Part shown: piece by piece, positions 44,361 through 53,827 of the stretch | Layout of the letters: each line of letters starts with the position of its first letter | How positions within the stretch are numbered: position 1 is the stretch's first letter | NCBI GenBank assembly: GCA_002070965.1 | Contig: MWEH01000092.1 | Location: 19,066 to 83,065, forward strand | Origin: Firmicutes bacterium ADurb.Bin080 | Lineage (GTDB): Bacteria > Bacillota > Clostridia > Christensenellales > DTU072 | Length of the DNA: 64,000 nucleotides | Direction: 5' to 3' | Position numbers and translations under genes: made by a program | The notes under the pieces: generated by a model | The model's database searches: none | Told to the model about the DNA's origin: nothing | Seen by the model: the letters and a program-made list of their open reading frames with translations, nothing else

Positions 44361-45902
44361 CTAACTTTTATCAATCTTCAACAGTTCTTTCAACAACATT
44401 GCAGTTGCTACGGCATCATTTAAAGCCCTATGAGCATTGCCTGAATCAATATTAAATTTTTTTCTTAAAACATCTAAACTTACTCCGGTTGTTTTATGCA
44501 AAACTTCTCTAGCCAATTTTAAGGTATCTATAACATTATTATCAAAATTATAAGAAAATTGCCTTGCATAATAGGTAATCATACCAACATCAAAAGTTGC
44601 ATTATGCGCTACTAAAGTGCATCCATAACAAAATTTGAAGAAATCTGGAATTACATCACTTAAAGGAGGGGCGTTAGCTACATCTTCATCAAAAATATTA
44701 TTAACTTTTGAAGCTTCTTCAGGTATATGGATGTTCTTCCCCGGATTTACAAATGTCTGAAATTTTTCTTTAATTACTCCATCAATTAATTTTACAGCTC
44801 CTATTTCAATAATTTTGTCCTCAGTAATATTAATCCCTGTTGTTTCTAAATCGAATACGACAATGTTTCCTTTAAGCCTATCATCAATCTGGCCATCCAA
44901 CATGAAGAAAGAGCTTTGAATTTCTTGCTCATAAACAGTAGGTTCTACTGTCATATAATCAGATGGAACATCTTTATATGGCATATCAAGGGTAATGCTA
45001 CTATAATCTATATCGCATATACTTATTTTATCGACAAAAATTATCCATTCACCTTTGTCATTATCTTTTTGGGGTGAAAAATTACCACTAGCAACTACAG
45101 TCATGTCATTCTCCAATTGTTCAACCACAGAGTTTTGATTTTTATATTTTGCAAAAAAAACACACTTAATTTTGCCTGTTGTATCATCTAGAATAAAGCT
45201 TGCCCATGGCTTGTTCTTTTTTTGAGAAATTCCATTTTTATAACCAGATATTTTACCGCAAACTACTACTTCTTCTCTAATTTTTTCCAAGTCAGAGATG
45301 TAAATAGGTTGTCTAGATATTGTTCCACTCAAAGGGGTCTTTATTGATATATCAACTAATCGAATTTTGTTATCGTTGGTGCCAATATAATTAATTTTTT
45401 TTCTAATTGAATAGTCTATTTCTTTGTTCTCTTCAATAATAAACTCTATATCCTCAAAAATTATTTTTGCAAGATGTTTAATAACATTTTCAGAGATAGA
45501 ATTATCTGTAATATACTCTTTTAATTCTTTGCTAGTATTTAGTTTAATTTTAATAAAATCATTCTGGGAAAGTATATCAATATCCTCATCTCGAATTTGG
45601 CTCATAATTAAAGGATTATTTTTATAAAAATATTTAATTATTTCTGTTTTAACATATGAATCGTCGGATACCGTTTTTCTGTATATTATTTCGAATATAT
45701 TATCCATTAACAAATCTTTAGTGAGCTTAAATATAAGGTTCTTTAAACTATCTGACATATAATTATCATACTTTTCCGCAGGGACTAAAAAAATTATACT
45801 TAAGGTTCCTTCTTCCCTAATAATAACTTCTGCAAGCCTAAATATCCTATCTTTCTCAGGAAGTTTACTGTATAAATATTCTATGAATTTATTATTTGCC
45901 AT
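44361..45902 (-). CDS. PolC-like OB-fold plus DEDDh 3'-5' exonuclease protein lacking PHP and polymerase domains
   Basis: Exo motifs VVFDLETTG, VAHNATFDVGM and HRALNDAVATAMLL closely resemble the B. subtilis PolC exonuclease domain. An OB-like segment precedes them (VVVCGKISGY...WASFILDDTTGKIKCVFFAK). The protein ends at 513 aa. Confidence 0.85.
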   Translation of the reverse strand: MANNKFIEYLYSKLPEKDRIFRLAEVIIREEGTLSIIFLVPAEKYDNYMSDSLKNLIFKLTKDLLMDNIFEIIYRKTVSDDSYVKTEIIKYFYKNNPLIMSQIRDEDIDILSQNDFIKIKLNTSKELKEYITDNSISENVIKHLAKIIFEDIEFIIEENKEIDYSIRKKINYIGTNDNKIRLVDISIKTPLSGTISRQPIYISDLEKIREEVVVCGKISGYKNGISQKKNKPWASFILDDTTGKIKCVFFAKYKNQNSVVEQLENDMTVVASGNFSPQKDNDKGEWIIFVDKISICDIDYSSITLDMPYKDVPSDYMTVEPTVYEQEIQSSFFMLDGQIDDRLKGNIVVFDLETTGINITEDKIIEIGAVKLIDGVIKEKFQTFVNPGKNIHIPEEASKVNNIFDEDVANAPPLSDVIPDFFKFCYGCTLVAHNATFDVGMITYYARQFSYNFDNNVIDTLKLAREVLHKTTGVSLDVLRKKFNIDSGNAHRALNDAVATAMLLKELLKIDKS

Positions 45903-45934
45903 TCTTATTCCAAAATTTTTTATATATACCTAAT

Positions 45935-46963
45935 TTAATTATATTCTTCAAAATTATCGATAACTTCGACTAATACTTGTTCTATTTCTGTATTTTTAAC
46001 TGTTTTTACCTTTTTTCCGTTTAAAAACAGAACTGAATTATCTTTACCACCACAAATACCTATGTCGGAATTTAACCCTTCTCCAATTCCATTAACCGAA
46101 CATCCCATAATAGAAATTTTAATATTTTTATTAAGATTTTCATATTTATTCTCTAAAAAATTCGAGATTTTTTCTACATCTATTTGGGTTCTTGCGCAGG
46201 TTGGACAAGCCACAACTTCAAAAAAATTATCTAACTTTCCTGCTGCTCTAAGCAAATATTGAGCTAACTTTACTTCTCTTTCCGGGTTACCAGTAAGGGA
46301 GATCCTTATAGTATCACCAATTCCTTCATTTAAAAGAACACTTAGTGAATAAATAGATTTTATTTCGGCAAATTTTCCTATCCCCGCTTCAGTTAGACCA
46401 ATATGAATTGGATAGGGAGTATGATTATATAAATAATTATTCACAATAATGCTATCTTTGACATTTGATGTTTTAGCAGAAACAACTATGTTATCAAAGC
46501 CCATTTTCTCAAGTAAGAGAACATTGCTTAACGCATATTCCGCCAGTTGTTCATTGGAAATAAACTTGTGTACTGACCCTCGGTTAACCCCAACACGTAT
46601 CGGAATATTTTCCGTTTTTGCGGCATGAACTACTTCTGATAAATAATTATGTGGAAAATTGGATGGGTTAATTCGAAGCTTATGAACACCCGAAATAATA
46701 GCTTGAAGTGCAATTTTATAATCAAAATGTACATCAGCAACTATAGGAATGTCTGTATTTTTAATAATACCAGATAAACTATTTGCTGCTTCTAAAGTAG
46801 GCAATGAGATTCTTACTATATCACAACCTAACTCTTTCAATTTATTTACTTGGGAAATTGTGGACTGATAATCGCTCGAGATTGTATTTGTCATTGACTG
46901 TATCGCGATTCTTTGTCCGTTACCTATAATAATATTTTTTATTAATACTTCTTTTCTTTCCAT
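45935..46963 (-). CDS. ispG: HMBPP synthase IspG (GcpE)
   Basis: IQSMTNT, RVGVNRGS and CPTCART Fe-S motif. I prefer the start MERKEVLIKN. Confidence 0.92.
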   Translation of the reverse strand: MERKEVLIKNIIIGNGQRIAIQSMTNTISSDYQSTISQVNKLKELGCDIVRISLPTLEAANSLSGIIKNTDIPIVADVHFDYKIALQAIISGVHKLRINPSNFPHNYLSEVVHAAKTENIPIRVGVNRGSVHKFISNEQLAEYALSNVLLLEKMGFDNIVVSAKTSNVKDSIIVNNYLYNHTPYPIHIGLTEAGIGKFAEIKSIYSLSVLLNEGIGDTIRISLTGNPEREVKLAQYLLRAAGKLDNFFEVVACPTCARTQIDVEKISNFLENKYENLNKNIKISIMGCSVNGIGEGLNSDIGICGGKDNSVLFLNGKKVKTVKNTEIEQVLVEVIDNFEEYN

Positions 46964-46964
46964 T

Positions 46965-48074
46965 TTATGCAATAAACCTATATAAATCAACAAACACGGC
47001 AAATAATATCAGCATAAGAAAACCAACAGTATGAATTATACCTTCTACTTTTTTACTAACTGGTTTTCTTCGAATAATCTCAATTATACAAAAAACAATT
47101 CTTGATCCATCCAAAGCAGGTATTGGCAACAAGTTCATTACAGCTAAATTAGCAGAGATAATAGATACAACAAACGTAAGAGAAGCAAAGCCAGCCTTGC
47201 TTGCTTCAGTCATGAGCTGTATTGTAGAAACTGGTCCCCCTATACTATTTAACCCAATTTTCCCTGTAAATAATTGGCCAAATATTTGAAATATTTTTAA
47301 CACAATGAAAAACATGTAGGAAAAAGCTCTGCCAATACTATCTATAAACGGAAGCTTCCGTGGACTTAATACTCCAGAAAAACCATATCCATAAGATTTC
47401 TCCCCTGTTTCCGAAGGAATAAAGTTATTGTTTTCATCAAAAGATCCTATAGTATATTCCCCTTTCTTAATAGTTGTTTGAATTTTTTCCCCATTTCTTA
47501 AAATAGTAACTTCCAAATCTCCATCTGCTTCGGCAAACTTCTTATAGGCATCTCCTGCTTCTAAAATATTTAAATTTTTGTTATTTACTTTTAAAAATAC
47601 ATCTCCTTTTTGAAGAACACCATTTGAATTTACACTATCTGGATACATGTTATCAATAGATAAAACTACTTGACCATAAGCAGCAAAAAAAATGGAAATT
47701 ATAATTAAGGCAGAAATGAAATTTAATAACGCCCCAGAAAATAATACAATTATTCTTTTCCATGCCGGTTGATTGTTAAATGCCGTTGGGCTTTTTGATT
47801 CCCCATCTTCTTCCTCGAAACGACAAAACCCCCCCAAAGGAATAGGCCTTACCGAGAATATTTCCCCATTCTTCTTGTTAATCTTCTTAAAAATGGGAGG
47901 TCCGAAACCAATACCAAATTCCATAATTCTAAAGCCTAAAAGCTTCCCTGAGATATAGTGGCCAAGTTCGTGTATTACAATCATAAACATTAACGCCAAA
48001 AGACCTAGCATTATGTAGCCAATCGTTTCTAATACTCCGATAAAGGTAACCAGACTAAAACTTGAATAAATCAT
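46965..48074 (-). CDS. rseP: RIP metalloprotease RseP/RasP (site-2 protease with PDZ domain)
   Basis: HELGHY motif, LGGFCRFE, and LPIPALDG. Confidence 0.92.
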   Translation of the reverse strand: MIYSSFSLVTFIGVLETIGYIMLGLLALMFMIVIHELGHYISGKLLGFRIMEFGIGFGPPIFKKINKKNGEIFSVRPIPLGGFCRFEEEDGESKSPTAFNNQPAWKRIIVLFSGALLNFISALIIISIFFAAYGQVVLSIDNMYPDSVNSNGVLQKGDVFLKVNNKNLNILEAGDAYKKFAEADGDLEVTILRNGEKIQTTIKKGEYTIGSFDENNNFIPSETGEKSYGYGFSGVLSPRKLPFIDSIGRAFSYMFFIVLKIFQIFGQLFTGKIGLNSIGGPVSTIQLMTEASKAGFASLTFVVSIISANLAVMNLLPIPALDGSRIVFCIIEIIRRKPVSKKVEGIIHTVGFLMLILFAVFVDLYRFIA

Positions 48075-48075
48075 A

Positions 48076-49182
48076 TTAAATGATCCTACCAGGCAATATT
48101 GTTTTAATTATATTATCTTCAATAAAACGTTTTACTTCAGTAGCTAGAAGCAATACATCAGTTACATCCGTGAGATACCCTTCTTTAAATCTATCTAAAG
48201 ATTTATAAATTATATCTGAGATATCATAAAACCCAATCTTATTATTTAAAAATTGTTCTACTGCGACCTCATCAGCCACAGACATGACTGTTCCCTCGTA
48301 ATCTCCTTTGGATAATATGCTTTTTGCGATGTTTAAACATGGAAATCTTTCATAATCTGGTTTCCCAAAAGTAAGAATCCCTATTTCAGATAGATCTAAA
48401 TATTTAGTGTCGCTTTCTAACCTTTCTGGATAAGATAAAGCATATTGTATTGGAATAGTCATATCAGGATTAGAAAGCAATGCTTTAATTGATCCATCTT
48501 TAAATTCCACAAGTGAGTGAACTATGCTCTCACGATGAATTAATACATCAATTTTTTGGGTAGAAAAAAGATGTTTTGCTTCGATCAACTCCATTCCTTT
48601 ATTCATTAGGGTAGAACTATCCACTGTGACCTTAAGTCCCATTTTCCAAGTGGGGTGTTTAATGGCATCTTCTGAAGTTACTTTACTTAACTGTTCTCTT
48701 GTGAACCCTTTAAAGGGGCCTCCTGAAGCTGTCAAAATAAGGCGGTTAATGTCATTTGATTCTTCTAAGCATTGAAGAATAGCCGAGTGTTCACTATCGA
48801 CGGGAAAAATGGTTTTATTCAATTTATTCGCAATTATTCTTAATTGCGTCCCAAAACAAACCAAACTCTCCTTATTAGCTGTAGCAAGTTTAGAGTCACT
48901 TTGTAATACTGCGATAGTAGGAGTTAAACCTGCGAAACCACTAATTCCGTTAATTACTATATCACAATCCTTATAAGTCTCGGGATAATTCAATGCAGTA
49001 GTATCGCCATGAATAACTTGTGAAGGATTAAATTGAGATATTTGGTTACTCAAAAGCTTAATGTTTCTTTTGCAGGATAAAAGCGCTACTTCAAAACAAT
49101 CAGGGTGTTTTGAGATAACTTGAAGGGTTTGTGTCCCAATAGATCCAGTAGATCCCAATATTCCAACTCTTATTTTATTCAT
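48076..49182 (-). CDS. dxr: 1-deoxy-D-xylulose-5-phosphate reductoisomerase
   Basis: ILGSTGSIGTQTL, NKESLV, DSEHSA and HPTWKMG motifs. Confidence 0.95.
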   Translation of the reverse strand: MNKIRVGILGSTGSIGTQTLQVISKHPDCFEVALLSCKRNIKLLSNQISQFNPSQVIHGDTTALNYPETYKDCDIVINGISGFAGLTPTIAVLQSDSKLATANKESLVCFGTQLRIIANKLNKTIFPVDSEHSAILQCLEESNDINRLILTASGGPFKGFTREQLSKVTSEDAIKHPTWKMGLKVTVDSSTLMNKGMELIEAKHLFSTQKIDVLIHRESIVHSLVEFKDGSIKALLSNPDMTIPIQYALSYPERLESDTKYLDLSEIGILTFGKPDYERFPCLNIAKSILSKGDYEGTVMSVADEVAVEQFLNNKIGFYDISDIIYKSLDRFKEGYLTDVTDVLLLATEVKRFIEDNIIKTILPGRII

Positions 49183-49188
49183 TTCTAT

Positions 49189-50052
49189 TTATTTCCCTAA
49201 AAAACTCATAAAAATTGCCATAAATACCACTGCGAAAAAAATGCTGTCGAGTCGGTCAGTAATTCCCCCATGTGAACCCATAATCTTTCCAAAATCCTTT
49301 ATTCCCGTGCATCTTTTTATTCTGCTCGCTGCCAAATCCCCTAGTTCTCCTAAAAATCCAATTACAACACCAATTAATGGATAAAACAACCAGGGATTGA
49401 AAAGATCACCAAAAACAACAATCCTATTAAGCGGAATATTGGTTAGTTCAAATAATGCATATACAACCAATGCCCCTAATCCTCCCCCAATCAACCCAAT
49501 AAGAGAGCCAGAATATGTCTTATTAGGACTAATCTTTGGAAATATTTTAGGACCTTTTATCAGACTACCAAAATAAAAAGCAAATACGTCAGCCATCATC
49601 GCTGCACCAATTGCAGTCAAAATAGGAATCATTCCAAATTGGCTGATTAACTGCATTCCAACAATCATAGGCAATAATGGGTAAATAAATATAAATATGG
49701 AAATCAAAAAATCATTAAACTTTCTTGAGGGGTCAAAAATATAAAATAAAAATAAAAGAAAAACTTCAAAAGCAATTAGTATTAAGATTCCTTGATAACC
49801 CAAAAATTTAACTGCAGGATAAGCTAATACTAAAGCTACAAATAAAGGGGCCTGCATCGGTCGATATCCTGCTTCTTTTACTGCAGAAATCATTTCAAAC
49901 AAAGAAATTGCTGTAACAAGAATTAATAAAGCATCGAAAAAATATTGACCATAATATGTATTATCCCTTTTAATTGTACCAGTTAATATAATAAAACCTA
50001 TTAATAAGCCAAAAAAGAAAAGTCCTTGCAAGGTTCTTTTTACAATTTTCAT
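49189..50052 (-). CDS. cdsA: Phosphatidate cytidylyltransferase
   Basis: Polytopic membrane protein with signature SRIKRCTGIKDFGKIMGSHGGITDRLDS. Confidence 0.92.
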   Translation of the reverse strand: MKIVKRTLQGLFFFGLLIGFIILTGTIKRDNTYYGQYFFDALLILVTAISLFEMISAVKEAGYRPMQAPLFVALVLAYPAVKFLGYQGILILIAFEVFLLFLFYIFDPSRKFNDFLISIFIFIYPLLPMIVGMQLISQFGMIPILTAIGAAMMADVFAFYFGSLIKGPKIFPKISPNKTYSGSLIGLIGGGLGALVVYALFELTNIPLNRIVVFGDLFNPWLFYPLIGVVIGFLGELGDLAASRIKRCTGIKDFGKIMGSHGGITDRLDSIFFAVVFMAIFMSFLGK

Positions 50053-50744
50053 TTCATTACATCTCCAAAGTTTCTCTTAATCTTTTTATAATCATTAAAA
50101 ATTTCATAAATATCTTTTTTATTTGCATCTGGAAACATTTTATCCAAAAAAAATAACTCGGAATAAGCACTTTGATATGGCATGAAATCAGATAATCTCT
50201 TTTGCCCTCCATACCGAATGATTATATCAGGGTCAGGGACAGTAGCAGTATAAAGTACTCTAACAATATCCGATTTATCTATGGGAGAATAATCTGCATT
50301 AATCAATTTGTTTTCAAGAATTGTATTAAATGCATATGTGATTTCAGCTCTTCCACTATACGCAATGGCAATAATTATCTTCATTCCTTTGTTATTAATT
50401 GTGCCCTTATTAGCCATCGAAATTGTCCCCAAAAGAGGGTCGGGAAGGAGAGAGAGGTTCCCAATAAAGACTAGTTTATAGTTTCTATTAGTTGCTAATG
50501 GAATTAAATATTGACTAATGAAGTCTGAAATAATCCCTAATATTCCTAATACTTCACTAGCATCTCTTTTAAAATTATCTTCGCTAAAAGCATATAAGGA
50601 TAAGACTGGTATCTTTAATTCATCCGCGGCATCTATCATTTCTCTTACGGCTTCTTTAGCTGCAAGATGGCCACTTAATCTAGGCATCCCTTTTTGAGAT
50701 GCCCATCTGCCGTTTCCATCCATAATAATAGAAATATGTTTCAT
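50049..50744 (-). CDS. uppS: Isoprenyl (undecaprenyl-type) diphosphate synthase
   Basis: IIMDGNGRWA and the cis-prenyltransferase fold motif RYGGQKRLSDFMPYQSAYSELFF. Confidence 0.92.
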   Translation of the reverse strand: MKHISIIMDGNGRWASQKGMPRLSGHLAAKEAVREMIDAADELKIPVLSLYAFSEDNFKRDASEVLGILGIISDFISQYLIPLATNRNYKLVFIGNLSLLPDPLLGTISMANKGTINNKGMKIIIAIAYSGRAEITYAFNTILENKLINADYSPIDKSDIVRVLYTATVPDPDIIIRYGGQKRLSDFMPYQSAYSELFFLDKMFPDANKKDIYEIFNDYKKIKRNFGDVMK

Positions 50745-51319
50745 TAAACAGACATTACCTCGGCTTCTTTTTCCACGGTAATCTTTTCAATTTCAAAAAT
50801 TATTTCATTAACTCTTTTATCTAAATCTTTTTCATAAATTTTCAAATCATCCTCTGTAATCGATTTTTCCTTTTCGAAGCTTCTTAACTTATTAAGAATA
50901 TCCCTTCTAATATTCCTTATTGCAACTTTAGTTCCTTCCCCAAGTACTTTAATATCTTTAGCTAAAATTTTTCTTCTCTCCTCATTTAGCTCTGGGAATA
51001 CCATTCTTATGACCTTTCCATCGTTTGATGGAAAAATTCCTAAGTTTGCATCTATTATCGCTTTCTCAACATTTTTTAAAGCACTAGCATCCCAAACATT
51101 TATAACAATCATTCTCGCTTCGGGAATAGTAATATTAGCCATTTGATTAATAGGGGTCATAGTACCATAATAATTTACCAGGACTTTATCTAAAATCTTC
51201 GGATTAGCTCTTCCTACTCTTAAAGAGCCTAATTCAGTTTTCAGGGCTAATATTGTTTTTTCACCTCTCTCCTCTAAATCCAAAAAAACTATTTCAACAT
51301 TTTCATCTAAATAAGCCAT
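50744..51319 (-). CDS. frr: Ribosome recycling factor
   Basis: LRVGRANPKILD and IRNIRRD motifs. Confidence 0.93.
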   Translation of the reverse strand: MAYLDENVEIVFLDLEERGEKTILALKTELGSLRVGRANPKILDKVLVNYYGTMTPINQMANITIPEARMIVINVWDASALKNVEKAIIDANLGIFPSNDGKVIRMVFPELNEERRKILAKDIKVLGEGTKVAIRNIRRDILNKLRSFEKEKSITEDDLKIYEKDLDKRVNEIIFEIEKITVEKEAEVMSV

Positions 51320-51436
51320 ATTTCATCCTTCCTTTTTTCCATTTTAATATGACAAATATATCATATATGGCATCACTTTACAATAACGCACATATGTATA
51401 TGAGTTGACATATATTATGTTAAGAGAGAACTAAAA

Positions 51437-52147
51437 TTATTTCGACACTATGTAAGTGCCAATTTTTTCTCCGCAGAGAACTCTCATAATACTATCGTTT
51501 TCTGCTAATCCAAACGCAATTATTGGAATTCCATTTTCACTACAGAGTGCTACTGCCGCTGTGTCCATCACAGATAAACCCTTTTCTATATAATCCTTTG
51601 GAGTTATGTTATCGAATTTTTGTGCAAATGGATTTTTCTTTGGATCACTATCATATACTCCATCTATATTTTTTGCCAATAGTAAGGCTTGAGCATGGAT
51701 TTCGTTCGCCCGAAGAGCGGCTGCAGTGTCAGTGGTAAAAAATGGACTTCCGGTTCCACAGCCAAAAATTACAACCCTCCCTTTTTCAAGATGTCTATTT
51801 GCCCTTCTTGCAATAAAGGGTTCCGCAACTTTTGTTATGTCTAATGCGGTTTGAACACGAGTCATTACACCAGCCCTTTCCAGAGCATCTTGCATAGCTA
51901 AGGCATTAATTACTGTCGCTAGCATACCCATGTGATCGGCAGTGGTTCTATCCATTTTTCCCCCTTGTTTTCCACGCCAAAAATTACCTCCACCCACAAC
52001 AATACCTATCTCTACGCCAGCATCATGAACCCTCGCTATTTGGCTAACAATATTTGATAATACTGATTCATCTATTCCAAATCCATTTAATCCAGCCAAT
52101 GCTTCGCCTGAAATTTTTAAAAGTACTCGTTTGTATACCGGAATCAT
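51437..52147 (-). CDS. pyrH: UMP kinase
   Basis: YKRVLLKISGEAL and VVGGGNFWRG. AGGAGGG SD. Confidence 0.95.
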   Translation of the reverse strand: MIPVYKRVLLKISGEALAGLNGFGIDESVLSNIVSQIARVHDAGVEIGIVVGGGNFWRGKQGGKMDRTTADHMGMLATVINALAMQDALERAGVMTRVQTALDITKVAEPFIARRANRHLEKGRVVIFGCGTGSPFFTTDTAAALRANEIHAQALLLAKNIDGVYDSDPKKNPFAQKFDNITPKDYIEKGLSVMDTAAVALCSENGIPIIAFGLAENDSIMRVLCGEKIGTYIVSK

Positions 52148-52157
52148 ATAGCCCTCC

Positions 52158-52187
52158 TGAAAAAAAAGATACCAGCTGGTATCTTTT
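52158..52187 (-). terminator. Hairpin plus T-run between tsf and pyrH (terminator or attenuator)
   Basis: On the minus strand: aaagatacc-agct-ggtatcttt followed by ttttttt. It runs directly into the pyrH SD. Confidence 0.6.
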
Positions 52188-52195
52188 ATCGTTAT

Positions 52196-52867
52196 TTACT
52201 TTGACATTTTTGCAATTTCTGCATTAACTTCATCCGCTAAATTGGCATCCTTCTGCTGCAAGCCTTCGCCCATTTCGTATCGTACAAACCTTCTAATCGC
52301 TATTTTTTCTCCAATTTTGGAGATTGCATTTAGAACCAAATCCGAAATTGTTAAATCTGGATCTTTAACAAATGGTTGTTCCAAAAGACACACTTCTTTA
52401 AAATATTTCTCTATTCTTCCTGTAATCATTTTTTCTTTCACTACTTCCGGCTTATTAACAAGAGAGGGGTCATTTGAAATTTGCGCTCTGGCAATATTCT
52501 TTTCATACTCTATTTCACTTTCTGGAACATCCTCTTTCGCAACATATATTGCTTTAAAAGCAGCAATTTGAAGTGCTATATCGTGAACCAATTCTTTAAA
52601 CATGTCACCTTTAGCAACAAAGTCAGTTTCACAGTTTACTTCTACTATTACTCCTATTTTTCCTCCCATGTGAATATAGCTGTCCACAATACCTTGAGAT
52701 GCGATTCGAGTCGCTTTTTTTGCGGCTTTTGCAATTCCTTTTTCTCTCAAATACTCTATTGCCTTTTCTATATCACCATCAGTAGCGACAAGAGCGTTTT
52801 TACAGTCCATCATCCCTGCTCCTGTTCTAACTCTAAGGTCTTTAACATTCTCTGCACTAAATGACAT
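52196..52867 (-). CDS. tsf: Elongation factor Ts (short form, 223 aa)
   Basis: [19 protein letters not shown] and [10 protein letters not shown]. Confidence 0.95.
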   Translation of the reverse strand: MSFSAENVKDLRVRTGAGMMDCKNALVATDGDIEKAIEYLREKGIAKAAKKATRIASQGIVDSYIHMGGKIGVIVEVNCETDFVAKGDMFKELVHDIALQIAAFKAIYVAKEDVPESEIEYEKNIARAQISNDPSLVNKPEVVKEKMITGRIEKYFKEVCLLEQPFVKDPDLTISDLVLNAISKIGEKIAIRRFVRYEMGEGLQQKDANLADEVNAEIAKMSK

Positions 52868-52886
52868 AATACCTTCCTCCCAAAAA

Positions 52887-53666
52887 TTATCCGTTGATTA
52901 TTTCAGCGTTATCTTCAGCAAGAGAATCAATTTTTGATTCTTCTTTATTTTGTTCTTCAATATGACTTAAATTTATTGATTCTTCCCCTTCTCTAGCCAC
53001 AATAACTGCATCAGCCATTAGGTTGGCAATCAAAGTCACCGCTCTAATAGCATCATCATTTCCCGGTATTACGTAATCGACTAAATCTGGGTCACAATTT
53101 GTGTCTACTAAAGCAACTATTGGAATGTTCAATTTTCTAGCTTCAGCTATAGCCAAGTGTTCCTCTTTAATATCAACAACAAATAATGCTCCAGGAAGAA
53201 CTCTCATGTTTTGGATTCCTCCAAGGTTTCTTCTCAAAACTTCTCTTTCTTTGTTAAGTTGTAGAACCTCTTTTTTGGGTAAAAGCTCAAATGAACCTAT
53301 TTGTTCCATTTGGTCAAGTTTATTCAGTCTATCTATTCTGGAACGCATTGTCGGGAAATTAGTAAGAGTACCTCCCAACCATCTTTCGTTAATGTAGTAC
53401 ATACCACAACGATCTGCTGCAGCTTTAATTACATCTTTAGCTTGCTTCTTTCTTCCAACGAATAAAATTTCCTTTCCTTCTGCGGCAACATTTTGCATAA
53501 AATTAAAGGCCTCTTCAATTAAATCTACCGCTTTTTGAAGGTTAATAATATGGATATTATTTCTAACACCATAAATGTACTCTTTCATTTTGGGGTTCCA
53601 TCTTTTTATTTGATGACCAAAATGAAGTCCTACTTCCAATAATTGTTTCATTGTTATTACTGACAT
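52887..53666 (-). CDS. rpsB: 30S ribosomal protein S2
   Basis: [27 protein letters not shown]. The ATG at 53666 is preceded by AGGAGG. The 13 upstream codons in the ORF track are not coding. Confidence 0.95.
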   Translation of the reverse strand: MSVITMKQLLEVGLHFGHQIKRWNPKMKEYIYGVRNNIHIINLQKAVDLIEEAFNFMQNVAAEGKEILFVGRKKQAKDVIKAAADRCGMYYINERWLGGTLTNFPTMRSRIDRLNKLDQMEQIGSFELLPKKEVLQLNKEREVLRRNLGGIQNMRVLPGALFVVDIKEEHLAIAEARKLNIPIVALVDTNCDPDLVDYVIPGNDDAIRAVTLIANLMADAVIVAREGEESINLSHIEEQNKEESKIDSLAEDNAEIING

Positions 53667-53827
53667 AAAAAAATCCTCCTGTTTTTTCTTCCTTACGCGT
53701 CTCAATATGTCTTAACCAAACGGCAACAGGACACACTCAACGTAAGTGTTTAATAATGACTTGTGTAATAATAACATAGTTAAATTATAGATGCAACAAA
53801 AAATAAGATTATAGAGTAAAACTAAGA

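Noticed and set aside
47829-47835. Other poly-G/C tracts as phase-variation sites: G7 in rseP (47829-47835), G6 in lspA (39708-39713), and G6 at the 3' end of the giant gene (19391-19396)
   Set aside because: All encode Gly-Gly as GGGGGG in conserved motifs of essential genes (LGGF in rseP, AGGIG in lspA). This shows that such tracts arise from codon usage in this genome, and it also lowers confidence in the G8 tract reported as a finding.
53667-53827. Possible structured leader RNA upstream of rpsB (small hairpin ACACT-tacgttg-AGTGT and a GC-richer patch)
   Set aside because: Only a 5-bp stem is visible, and I know of no Firmicutes rpsB leader motif to match it against. The evidence is insufficient to call an RNA element.
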